Shown: positions 13,631 through 25,959 of the stretch, in pieces
Position numbering within the stretch: position 1 is the stretch's first letter
Layout of the letters: each line of letters begins with the position of its first letter
From: Octopus vulgaris
Lineage: Eukaryota
DNA length: 64,000 bases
Reading direction: 5' to 3'
NCBI GenBank assembly: GCA_951406725.2
Contig: OX597823.1
Location: forward strand, 85,498,001-85,562,000
Made by a program: the position numbers and the translations under genes
The notes under the pieces: model-generated
Told to the model about the DNA's origin: nothing
The model's input: only the letters and a program-made list of their open reading frames with translations
The model's database searches: none

Positions 13631-13897
13631 TTTACTCTTTTACTCTTTTACTTGTTTCAGACATTTCACTGCGGCCATGCCGGAGTACCACCTTTAGTCG
13701 AGCAAGTCGACCCCAGGACTTATTGTTTGTAATCCTAGTATTTATTTTATCGGTCTCTTTTGCCGAACCGCTAAGTTACGGAGACGTAAACATACTAGCA
13801 TCTGTTGTGAAGCGATGTTAGGGGGACAAACACAGAAACAAACACGCACACACAAATATATATATACATATATACGAGGACAAACACAGACACCCAA

Positions 13898-13949
<52 letters not shown>

Positions 13950-14116
13950 GCATGGTAGGCTTCTTTCAGTTTCCGTCTACCAAATCCACTCATACAGCTT
14001 TGATCGGCCCGAGGTTATAGTAGAAGACACTTGCCCATGGTGCAACGCAGTGGGATTGAACCCGGAACCATGTGGTTGGTAAGCAAGCTACTTACCACAC
14101 AGCCACTCCTACGCCT
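13631..14116 (-). mobile_element. SINE family A, full length
   Basis: tRNA-like head (AGGAGTGGCTGTGTGGTAAG..GGGTTCAATCCC), internal (CA)n, tail ..CTGAAACAAGTAAAAGAGTAAAAGAG. Confidence 0.92.
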
Positions 14117-14838
14117 ATTCAGGAGAATCTTCCATGAGATCGAACCTAATATTTCAATTGGTTCTTCATTTATCGTTACCAGAAGACTGCTTTGAATACT
14201 AAATGAAGTCCCACGTAATATTATACTGCAGTGTACGGGGCTCTGCCCAACGCTTTAATGAGGTGGGGGGATACTGCTTAGGTTGGCTTTGTTTTTCATG
14301 CTTCCGGTTCGATAAAAAAGTACCAGTTGAACACTGGGGTCGATGCAATCGACTTGCTCCTCTCTCCGATATTCCTGGCCTTGACTAATCTTTGAAACCA
14401 AAATTATATTAGATATATTTTGGCAACTATGATCTGCACAAATCCTTTCCCATACTTTGAAATTTACGTGAATGGAATACTAATAGTACAAACGTGAGAG
14501 AGCATCAAGCTATTTGGTATTAGCGGATGTGTTCGTTAATTTATTGATTATCAATTTCACTAATTATAGTTCTTAAAGAATTTCAATTACTTTATAATTG
14601 TTATTGATATGTAGTTGTAAATGAGACAGCGGTTCAGCCATGGGTCAGTCTTGAAGCAATTATGACATGTGGTAGCACGCAATGAGACTGAACCTGCAAT
14701 CATGAGGTTGGGAAACATAGTTCTCAACCATTCACACCCTCTTCAATATAGACGTTCACACGTACATACACACACATATGCATCTGTAGATACGCGTGCT
14801 TGTGCACATATGCATATATATGCATATATATATATATA

Positions 14839-14874
<36 letters not shown>

Positions 14875-14876
<2 letters not shown>

Positions 14877-15106
14877 AATTTAAATTTAATCCAAACATGA
14901 AGACACAAACAGAAAACACAATAATGCGAGGACGTGGAACAAGTATAGGGTTATTGGACGCCCAGGAGAGGAAAGAAAGAATGACGACTTAACGTTTCGA
15001 GCGGAGCTCTTCGTCAGAAACATAGGAAAAGGAAAGATCCAAGGAAGGGAAAGCGGAGGACAAAAATCGCCAACAATTCACACGCGGTCACATATTGAAT
15101 GCATAT
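14875..15106 (-). mobile_element. Hammerhead-bearing short element (PLE pLTR-like) next to (TA)n
   Basis: 14989-15106 is homologous (inverted) to 19057-19174 and contains the HHR motif. Confidence 0.7.
14988..15020 (-). ncRNA. Minimal type-I hammerhead ribozyme motif
   Basis: ttt CTGACGA a GAGC-tcc-GCTC GAAA CG TT aag; palindromic ACGT stem III of the dimerising PLE-type HHRs. Confidence 0.7.
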
Positions 15107-15116
15107 TTGCTTATGT

Positions 15117-15157
<41 letters not shown>

Positions 15158-15239
15158 TATGTGTGGAAGCGTGTTTATTATATGATAATAATATAGGTAT
15201 ATGAGAGACTTAAAGGGAAACGTAGCACGAAATTGTATA

Positions 15240-15285
<46 letters not shown>

Positions 15286-15591
15286 GTGTATGTATGTATG
15301 TATGTATTTGAAGAGGGAAGAGGGCACTAAGGTCTTGGAGCGCTGTTGTTGAGAAAGGGAAAAGACACACGAAATATTGTGAGCAGAGATTGCTTTCTAT
15401 TACAAGCCATACACACGTGGTGCGAAAATCAATACGATGAGAGTTAACGATACGAGAGAATATCACAGCGGGCGACTCTTTCGTCAGAATATATTTTTCA
15501 CACCCAAAATTTAGCCAGCGATTCTATAAAAAAAATATACATAAATAAAGAATTGAAAATGTAAAAGAAAAAGAAAAAAAACACGAACAAA

Positions 15592-15592
<1 letters not shown>

Positions 15593-15634
<42 letters not shown>

Positions 15635-15666
15635 TTAATAATATTAATAATAATGATAATAATAAC

Positions 15667-15698
<32 letters not shown>

Positions 15699-15933
15699 TA
15701 TTAATAATAATAATAATAATATAATAACAATAATGAGAAGAAGAAGAAGAAGAAGAAGAAGAAGAAGAAGATTCAGACGAGGAAGAAGAAGAAGAAGCAG
15801 AAGAAGAAGAAGCAGAAGAAGAAGAAGAAGAAGAAGAAGAAGAAGAAGAAGAAGAAGAAGAAGAAGAAGAAGAAGAAGAAGAAGAAGAAGAAGAAGAAGA
15901 AGAAGAAGAAGAAGAAGAAGAAGAAGAAGAAGA
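15593..15933. repeat. (AAT)n followed by (AAG)n microsatellite
   Basis: Directly visible; gives the poly-Arg ORF. Confidence 0.97.
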
Positions 15934-16521
15934 ATGAAAGCAGAGTGATCAGTGTGAAAAGTATTAAAAGAAAAAAAAATGGTAATATTTCAGAGATCTT
16001 GTTTTATTGTGAGATGAATTAACTGTAAATGGATGGTAGAAATAAATTAACCGGAAATAAAGGAAACGTGTACAGGAAGCGTCGAGATGGTTGCCTAATA
16101 GAAGATAGAAGATGATTACAAATGCACATGCATATAGACATGGCCGTACAGACGCTGTGCCATGCGCACGCGCACACACACATGCCAGCCCGTGCGCAGT
16201 CACACACAAAAGATATACACATTTGACTATGTATTATGAATGTATGTATGTATCTATCTATTTGTTTATCTACGTTGATATATCATTATCATATGTTTTG
16301 ATATATTGCGTTTGTATGTGTATATATAGATATAAGTTATATATATATATACATGCTACTATGTTGACACAAATAGCTGTTATGAAAACAATATATATAA
16401 GCTATTTGCATACGCACACATACACATACAGACACACACACATATATATATGTATATGCACATATATATGTATATATATATATATAATATATGTGTATAT
16501 ATGTATATGTATATGCGCATA

Positions 16522-16561
<40 letters not shown>

Positions 16562-16703
16562 TATGAGTATACATATATATACATACATATTTATATATAT
16601 AGATACATACATACATGTTATGTATGTATATATATATACATACATAATTACATATCTATCTATCTATTTATCTATCTATCTATATATATATATACACATA
16701 TAG

Positions 16704-16739
<36 letters not shown>

Positions 16740-16766
16740 GTTTCTATGTATATATATATATGTGTG

Positions 16767-16826
<60 letters not shown>

Positions 16827-17369
16827 GAGTTAAAATATATCAAGTATAAGTACCTAGATATGCTTCTATATATTATATACATATGTAGAAGCTGATTGAA
16901 TATATGAGCTGATCAGATCAGCTCATAATGCAGGGCTGTATTCATACGAGCATATCTACGGGTACCTGTACTATAGACCCTTATATCCATTATTCAAGCC
17001 TACTAACCTATATTCTTCCAGCAGAACATTTTGGAGATATTTTTTTATATTTGTGTGATAGTTAAGTTTTCTTAATGTTAAATCAAACTTTCTAATCCGT
17101 TTCTCTTCGTATTGTATTTTAAAAAATCCTGATGTTATTAGCTACCATATACTTTCTGGTTAGACAGCTACGTTTGTAGTTCCACCGCGGCTGGTATAGT
17201 GAATATTTATCTAAACATTTACATTTCCCGGGAGATGATTGATTTTTTTCGTCATATGCTAGATGTGAATAGCTTCTTCTCGTTGGTTTTATTCATAAAG
17301 GCTATCGTGTTTTGTCGCTACATTCACTGAGTATTTAAATGGCTCGCTCTGACGAACTATGTCTCTATG

Positions 17370-17443
<74 letters not shown>

Positions 17444-17591
17444 TGTGTGTGTGTGTAAAGTTAAGATACATGAAATATAAGTACCTCTATATATATATGC
17501 CTCTTCAATAGAAGGTGATTGAATATGTTGATCAGATCAATACATATTGCAGGCCTATATTTATACAAACACATACATACACATGCATATA

Positions 17592-17640
<49 letters not shown>

Positions 17641-18046
17641 TCTCTTACACTTTTACTTGTTTAAGTCATTTTCACTGTGGCCATGCTGGACTCCGTCATT
17701 AGTCGAGCAAATCGACCCAGGACTTATTCTTTGTAAGCCTAGTATTTATTCTATCAGTCTCTTTTGCCGAACCGTTAAGTTACGAGGACCCAAACACACC
17801 AGCATCGGTTGTCAAGCAATGTTGGGGGAACAAACATAGAGACACAAACATATACACACATATATATACATATATATATTTACGACAGGCTTCTTTCAGT
17901 TTCCGTCTACCAAATCCACTCGCAAGGCTTCGGTCTGCCCGAACCTATAGTCGAAGACACTTGCCCAAGGTGCTACGCAGTGGGACCGAACCTGGAAAGA
18001 TGTGGTTCCTAAGCAATCTACTTACCACACAGCCACACCTACGCCT
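17641..18046 (-). mobile_element. SINE family A, full length
   Basis: Collinear with 13631-14116. Confidence 0.9.
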
Positions 18047-18049
18047 ATA

Positions 18050-18094
<45 letters not shown>

Positions 18095-18847
18095 GCACAC
18101 GCGCATCTATATTACATCGAATGAGCTATTTCCCGTAGAAACTTGAAATATCACACCAGTAATCCTGTTAATAATGCATCTCTAATTTCTAGTCTTACAG
18201 CATTTCCTTTTATTCCCGAACTCTGCTCTCGCTTGGTATCCCTATTGAATCGCACTCGGAAACTTTCGGTTGATCGTCTACCATTCATAACCTCCCTATG
18301 CCTTACCACAAAGATCAAGTCTTGCGTTAAGTTTCCTGCTTCTTTTGATTGTGTGCAACAGCCTGTGGACAAACCTCGCAGCATCACGATGCTTACTCAC
18401 TTTTAGTTGACAATCTTCAAATTGTGTCTCTAACTTATTCCATTCACATCGGAGAACCGACAGGTTGATCAGTGAACGTCTTCGTGTATAAGTTCACATA
18501 GTTTTCCACAAATTTACTGCGCTTTTCTAATGATCGATAGTTTTGAGTGCGCATTAGATTGAACCCACTTTCCACCGCCCTTAAAGTGAAGAATGTTCAC
18601 TAATAGCCTAAGAATGCATTTTGTGTTTCAGTATCCTACTTACCGAGTTCTATGCCAAAGTCAATAACAGTTATAATAATGATGGCAAAACGAATTTAAT
18701 ACGCCATTAAAGCATGTGTAGTAATTAAATACAATATAATAGGAAGCCCGATGCTTGTCCGATACTGTAGACTGCATAACAATAATCGTAATTAACGTGT
18801 TACAATTGAACTAAACAGCCACAGAACAGGGGTCTTCTCTCTCTCAC

Positions 18848-18916
<69 letters not shown>
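18848..18916. repeat. (TCTA)n microsatellite
   Basis: Directly visible. Confidence 0.97.
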
Positions 18917-18917
<1 letters not shown>

Positions 18918-19056
18918 CCTTACACACACGCCCACAGACGCCCACACACACATATGCACATACGGATATGTTTTTGTATCAAGTTTCAGTCCAAGGGCTG
19001 TGGCCATGCTGTGGTCTAGCGTACTAACAATTCTACGAGTACACCGTAGAATTTAT

Positions 19057-19174
19057 ATATGCATTCGATATGTGACCGCGGGTGCATCGTTGGCGATTTT
19101 TTTCCTTCGTCTTCCCTTCCTTGGATCATTCCGTTTTCTATGTTTCTGGCGAAGAGCTTCGCTCGAAACGTTAA
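19057..19174 (+). mobile_element. Second copy of the hammerhead-bearing element (core mutated to CTGGCGA)
   Basis: atgtgaccgcg..ttggcgattttt..cccttccttggatc..tatgtttCTGGCGAagagcttcgctcGAAACGTTaa; homologous to 14989-15106. Confidence 0.7.
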
Positions 19175-19892
19175 TTAATATTCCTTTCTCCTATGGGCAG
19201 AAGGCCTTAAATCTTGTGGTTGGATTGTGGTCACCTACATCGACCTCAGTGTTCGACTGCTACTTAATTTATCGTCTCCGAGTGAGTCAAAAGAAAGTTG
19301 ACCTCGTTGTAATCAAAATGCTTCTAAGCATTCTATTCGGCATGCTATCAAATCAGTCAGCTCACCGCTTCTATATCGAATACTACAATTCTACAATTGG
19401 CAGAAGTCCTTGAATATTTTGGAAGGGCTTTTGTCGATTAGATAGACCCCAGATCCTGACTGGTACTTATTATATCGACCCCGTGAAGATGAAAGGCAAG
19501 GGGATCCCGACATAGGATTTTCCTCATTTTTCATATTTTTCTATGGCAGCACTCATAGACATGGAACTTACATGTCTCCTAATTTCTACAGAATCAGAAA
19601 ATGTTTTTGTTTTTCGCTTTTTCCCATTGTCCTGTTTCATTAATTATAAATTTGTGCCATAAAGTTGTCGCTATCTTTCCTACAGTTCAGCTATTTAATC
19701 AACGCAAATAAGCATAACAGTTTCTAATAGTTACCAATCTGTGTGTATACACATGGAAGCAAGCACCTATCTACATACACTCACACACAGAAATAGATAG
19801 TAAATATATGTATAAGGTGTTTTTATTTCATTTTGGTATTAGAGTTTCTTTAAAATCAAAATTCAAAGCAAAAGCAAATAACAGGTTGGCAA

Positions 19893-19957
<65 letters not shown>

Positions 19958-19962
19958 TTATT

Positions 19963-20510
19963 GAGTGAGAGAGCAGTTCATGCCATCAAAGTGACACTGG
20001 GGTAAAATATACGAAGCCCAATATACCCATCATGACTACCCGTCTGATAAGGGTACACCAGGCACATGCATCACAACCATATGTGCGCGACATAGTGATC
20101 TCATATCAAGATAAACAGCACATGACCTTGCAGGTGGGGTCCAGTTAGAATTTTCTCCAGGTTGAGTAGCCCATCCCGCTCAAACGGTCCCTGAATAAGG
20201 TTTGTTTAAGGATGTTGAAAGAACCACCCATGTTTCCAGAGGTGAATTATTCAAACCCCAAAGAATCCCTCTCAACACATGGCTATGATGCTCCCCCACT
20301 ACTTCTGCTCGTGATCAGAGATGCACATATCGTCAGCCACTAAGGGACATGCTCAACTGGTTAAGGTCAAACAACTGACAAGCAAATCTGTGGTATTGAG
20401 CAGAATATTTGCTGTAGCCCATCTTTTATACCAAGACAAAACAATGTACGTGATAACACTTCCAATCAGTTAAGATCAGAAGCCATGAGAGCCACTGCCT
20501 GGTACTGCAT
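19963..20510 (-). mobile_element. ~550-bp non-coding element inserted in (TAA)n, copy 1
   Basis: Collinear over its full length with 20724-21280 and 28447-28995; both flanks are (ATT)n. Strand inferred from one fixed and one variable end. Confidence 0.88.
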
Positions 20511-20529
20511 ATTATTATTATTATCATTA

Positions 20530-20560
<31 letters not shown>

Positions 20561-20610
20561 TATTATCATTATTATCATCATCATCATCATTATCATTATT
20601 ATCATCATCA

Positions 20611-20668
<58 letters not shown>

Positions 20669-20723
20669 CAATATTATTATTATTATTATAATTATTATTA
20701 TTATTTTTATTATTATTATTATT

Positions 20724-21280
20724 GAGTGAGAGAGCAGTGCATGCCATCAAAGTGACACTGGGGTACAAATATACGAAGCCCAGTACACCCATCATGACTA
20801 CCCGTCTGATAAGTGTACACCAGGCACATGCATCACACGCATATGTGCGCGACATGGTGATCTCATATCAAAATAGAAAGCACATTACCTTGCAGGTGGG
20901 GCCCAGCTAGAATTGTCTTCTGGTCGAGTAACCCATCCTGCTCAAAAGATCTCTGAATAAGGTTTGTTTAAGAATGTTGAACCAAACACCCATGTTTCCA
21001 GAGGTGAATTATTCAAACTCCAAAGAATCTCTCTTAACACATGGCTATGATGCTCCCCCACTATTTCTGCTCGTGATCAGAGATGCACATATAGTCAGCC
21101 ACTAAGGGACATGCTCAACTGGTTAAGGTCAAACAACTGACAAGCAAATCTGTGGTATTGAGCAGAATATTTGCTATAGCCCATCTTTTATACTAAGACA
21201 AAACAACGTACATAATAACAGTCCTAATCAGTTAAGATCAGGAGCCATGAGAGCCACTGCCTGGTACAGCATCAGGGCAT
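20724..21280 (-). mobile_element. ~550-bp (TAA)n-inserted element, copy 2 (longest)
   Basis: As copy 1; the right end extends to ..gcatcagggcat. Confidence 0.88.
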
Positions 21281-21419
21281 TATTATTATTATTATTATTA
21301 TTATAATTATTATTATTATCATCATTATTATTATTATTATCATTTGCAGTGGAGAAGCGAATATGATCAAGGGCTAGATGATATGTTCTTTGGTGTAATC
21401 TCTCCAGCATCAACTTTTA

Positions 21420-22600
21420 TTCTTTTTTTTATCCATCCATATTTGACGGACGAAATGCTTCTAAGCAGTTTATCTCACGGGCTAACGCTTCTATCAGCTC
21501 TCTGCCTAAATAATTCTTGCCACTACATGCACAAGGTCTGAGATTACTTTTGGTGGGGAGGGCTTGTCGATTACATCGATCCCTAGTATTCAGCTGATAC
21601 TTTAGTTTATGGATCCCAAACGGCTGGAAGAGAAAGTCGATATCTAGAGAATTGGAATCCGGAATAAAAAAACCGGAAGAAATGCTGCCATGGTTCTTTT
21701 TTTTCCTGGCGTGCTAACGATTCTGCTAGTTCACGGTCTTAAAATCCGTTCTACTGTATACAGAAGGCCTGCATCTTTGGAGGAGGGGATAGTCGATTAC
21801 AGCGACTCCAGTGTTTCGACCCCCAAATGGATGAAAGTCAAAGCTGACCTTGATAGAATTTGAACTGGTAACGTAAAGTCTAAAGCATTGCCGCTTAGCA
21901 TTTTGGCCGGCGTGCTAACGATTCTGCCATCTTACCGTCTTTTTTGCCGCCTTAACAGTAATAAATTAAAAATCTGTCACAAAGCCAGAAATTCCTGAGG
22001 AGGGTGTAGGTCGACTATATTAACCCCAGTACTCAACTAGTACTTATTTAATCCACCTCGGAAGGACGACAACAAAAGTCAACCACGGCGAAATTTGGAC
22101 TCAGAACACGAAGAGAGACGAAATACAGCTAAGCATTTTTTGTCCGACAGGGTAACAATTCTGCCAGCTTGCCGCCTTTACAACATTTTGGCACAAGGCC
22201 AGAAATTTCGGCGAAACACTTAAGTCGATTGGATCGACCCCAGTACTTAAGCGTTACATATTTTATGGGATGAAAGGTAAAGTCGACCTCGGCGGAATTT
22301 GAACTCAGGATTTGCAAGACGAGTGAAATGCCGTTAAGCATTTTGGCCGTCGTGCTAATGATTCTACGAGCTACCCCCACTCCTTGATAATCCTTTCTAC
22401 TAAAGAAAGAAGGCCTGAAATTTGAAGGGAAGGGCATAATCGATTACATTGACCCCATCGTTTCACTGGTAATTAATTTTTCGACACCTAAGGGATAAAA
22501 TGTAAAGTCGACCTCGGTGAAATTTGAACTCAGAACGTAATGAAATAGCGCTAAGCATTTCATCCGGCGTGCTATCAATTCTGCCTGCTCGTCGCCTTAT
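21420..22600 (-). mobile_element. Cluster of about six co-oriented degenerate family C SINE monomers
   Basis: Repeated gtcgattacatcgacccc..aaagtcgacctcggcggaatttgaactcag..gtgctaacgattctgccagc blocks of ~200 bp. Confidence 0.8.
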
Positions 22601-22717
22601 TAATAATATGTAATATATTCATGAAAATGTCTTTAAATTAGAACGAAATTTTAAAACAAATGATGGTGGTGGGGTTTAGTAAGCGATTACTGAATTTTAT
22701 AATGGTAAAATTATACA

Positions 22718-23128
22718 TTTCTTTACTACCCACAGGGGTTAAACATAGAGGGGGCAAACAAGGACAGACAAAGGGATTAAGTCGATTACATCGACCCAGT
22801 GCGTAACTGGTACTTTATTTATCGACCCCGAGAGGATGAAAGACAAAGTCGACCTCGGCGGAATTTGAACTCAGAATTTGACAGACGAAATACCTATTTC
22901 GTTACTGCTCACAAGGGGCTAAACACAGACATGACAAACAAGGACAGACAAACGGATTAAGTCGGTTATATCGAACCCAGTGAGTAACTAGTATTTATTT
23001 AATCGACCCCGAAAGGAAGAAAGGCAGAGTCGACCTCAGCGGAATTTGAACGCAGAACGTAGCGGCAGACGAAATACGGCTAAGCATTTCATCCAGCGTG
23101 CTACCGATTCTACCTGCTCGCCACCTTA
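22718..23128 (-). mobile_element. SINE family C head-to-tail dimer (long-tail subfamily)
   Basis: Two units joined at gacgaaatac|ctatttc (~22893). Confidence 0.88.
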
Positions 23129-23816
23129 TTTATAATATGTAATATATTCATGACAATTTCTTTAAATTAGAACGAAATTTTAAAAAAAAATGATGGTGGT
23201 GGGGCTTAGTAAGCGATTGCTGGATTTTATAATGGTAAAATTATAACCTATTGTACAACATTGAATCAATCGACTTCAGTCTTTATTTAAAGACACAAGA
23301 AGCAATACAATGGAGCACGACATGTCTTCATTGTCAGTTATTATTTCTGTGAACAATGCGGAATGTTATAGTGTCACAGATTCAAATACGAAATCAAAAA
23401 TAAAATAAAAATATTACAATACGAACACAACAGAGAGATAATGGATTATGAGACCAGATCTGCTTCAACACTGGCCGGATTATTGATGTTTTCTTGACAC
23501 TCGACCGCATACTGTTCTGCCAGCATTCAGCATTTCTTCCAGCGAATGGTAATCAATTAATGATGCTGGCTCCCTTTTATGCTAACGTGACGCATACCCC
23601 TCTCTCTCCCGCTTCGCTTCTCTCTTATTCTCTCCGTCTCTCGCTCTCCGTGTTCCTCTCTTATTGCTCTCCCTCGTCTCTTCTCACCCCTATGCATGAC
23701 ATATCTTCTTTGTCAATCTTTCGTTTAAATACCTCAAACATTTAACCTCATCATTTTTATTTGTTGATATTTATTTTTTGCTATATTCTCTATTCAGTAT
23801 AAATAGTATTATTACA

Positions 23817-24290
<474 letters not shown>

Positions 24291-24784
24291 TACGTGTGTG
24301 TGCGTATGAAACTTCGATATGTGTGCGTGTGTGAATGTTGTTGCTATTGTGTAGCTTTTGCCTCACTCGTTACAGTCAACTTCTCTTTAATTCACACATA
24401 TTTTCTTGAGCTTTGATTTTGAATTTTGTTTAATTGTTTTTCTTCGACGCTTAAAATATCATTCCTCCACCTGAGCATCGTGTTTCGGATTTGACATTCT
24501 TTTCGAATATCGAAATAATTTTGGAAGCATTTGTTAGCTGAATGTATATGACAGAGAGCCAGACACAAAGTAATCGCCAGTTCAGTTCTTGTCAGGAATC
24601 TATATGTATATACACAAAAGTGATTTCGAAGGGATAAGTAATCCTGGTGTTTCCTCTTAAATCAGTTTCGTATGCCGGATAATGTTGGTGACACCTGAGT
24701 TAGCAATAAGCTGTTACACCCTGGTGATTTTCCTCGCTTGACAAATACGAGTGTTTTACTCAGGATTGCATGGTTTCTAGTATT

Positions 24785-25097
24785 GTGGAGGCGCAATTGC
24801 CCAGTGGTTAGGGCAGCGGACACGCGGTTGTAGGATCACGGTTTCGATTCCCAGACCGGGCGTTGTGAGTGCTTATAGAGCGAAAACACCTAAAGCTTCA
24901 CGCGGCTCCAGCAGAGGCTGGCAGCGATCCCTGCTGAACTCTTTCGCCGCAACTTTCTCTCACTCTTTCTTCAGTAGGCCTGATCGCTTAGCCGGCGGGG
25001 TGGCATCATTTGAAGGCTAAAACAATGCGAGGCGCATTGTGACTCAGCGATGTGTAGCAAAATCTGATAGCCATGTCAGTCACGTGATCACGTGAAG
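24785..25097 (+). mobile_element. SINE family B, tail type 3
   Basis: Same head and body as other B copies, unrelated 3' tail ending (cacgtgat)2-like; TSD ttctagtatt at 24775-24784 and 25098-25107. Confidence 0.88.
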
Positions 25098-25101
25098 TTC
25101 T

Positions 25102-25229
25102 AGTATTAATGATAATCAGGCGTACGGAGATTTTTCACATATATGATATTATTTAAAATACTGTAAATAACTGTTTAATAAATTCCTTAATGTCAAATAT
25201 CTCCGTTCTCCTGATCATTATTAATACTT
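25102..25229. repeat. Imperfect ~39-bp inverted repeat (MITE-like hairpin)
   Basis: agtattaatgataatcaggcgtacggagatttttcacat versus the reverse complement of atgtcaaatatctccgttctcctgatcattattaatact. Confidence 0.7.
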
Positions 25230-25525
25230 CATAGCATCACCACACATTCCACTATATCAACAGCCACACGTTACAAACGCACACACTCACACACGTCAGA
25301 GTCACTAGCCCTTATTCACACACACGCATTTACACTTTTACACACACCATTCTAACATACACACGCACGCATACGTATTTTCATTTGGGATCACCAGCAC
25401 TTTATTATCTCCCTTTTTGTCAACCCCTTCTTTCGAACCTGATTTTTTCTAATCATTCGCCATGATTCACCGCTAAATCTACAAGATTCTTTCTTCATTC
25501 TCTCATTGTATATTTTCTCTTATTC

Positions 25526-25560
25526 CTTTCTGTTGAGGAGCGTAGGCTGGAAACGTAGAA
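25526..25560 (+). ncRNA. Hammerhead ribozyme-like motif (variant core CTGTTGA) in a PLE pLTR-like remnant
   Basis: cttt CTGTTGA g GAGC-gtag-GCTg GAAA CG TA gaa; followed by ~90 bp resembling the flank of the 14988 motif, then a microsatellite. Confidence 0.55.
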
Positions 25561-25726
25561 CTTTCCATTTTACCGAGCGTCGAACTAATATACCTGCTTG
25601 GTCTTCATACACCTGTCTTCGTCTTCTGTTTTTCTATAAATTTGAGCAACATACATACATACATACACACATACATACATACATACAAACATACATACAT
25701 ACATACATATATATATATATGTATAC

Positions 25727-25762
<36 letters not shown>

Positions 25763-25959
25763 GGAGTATATCAAATACTTTTACTTTCGACATATTTAAA
25801 AATAAGGAGTTACAACCTCTTGCGTTTTGCTACCCTGGTAACTACTTATTTTTTCCGTGTTAATTGTTAACAAGGCAAAATACACTCATCTATTTATATA
25901 TAAATATAGATAGATATATATATATATATACATATATACTCAGACACATATATATATAA

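Noticed and set aside
15733-15948. Poly-Arg protamine-like ORF
   Set aside because: It is the (AAG)n half of a compound microsatellite.
18395-18610. Possible minus-strand exon ending at a GTGAGT donor
   Set aside because: Weak acceptor, stop codons in the frames examined, no recognisable product and no partner exons.
20280-20342. Hammerhead in the 550-bp element
   Set aside because: GAAG instead of GAAA in two of three copies, stem I register off by one, and no convincing stem III.
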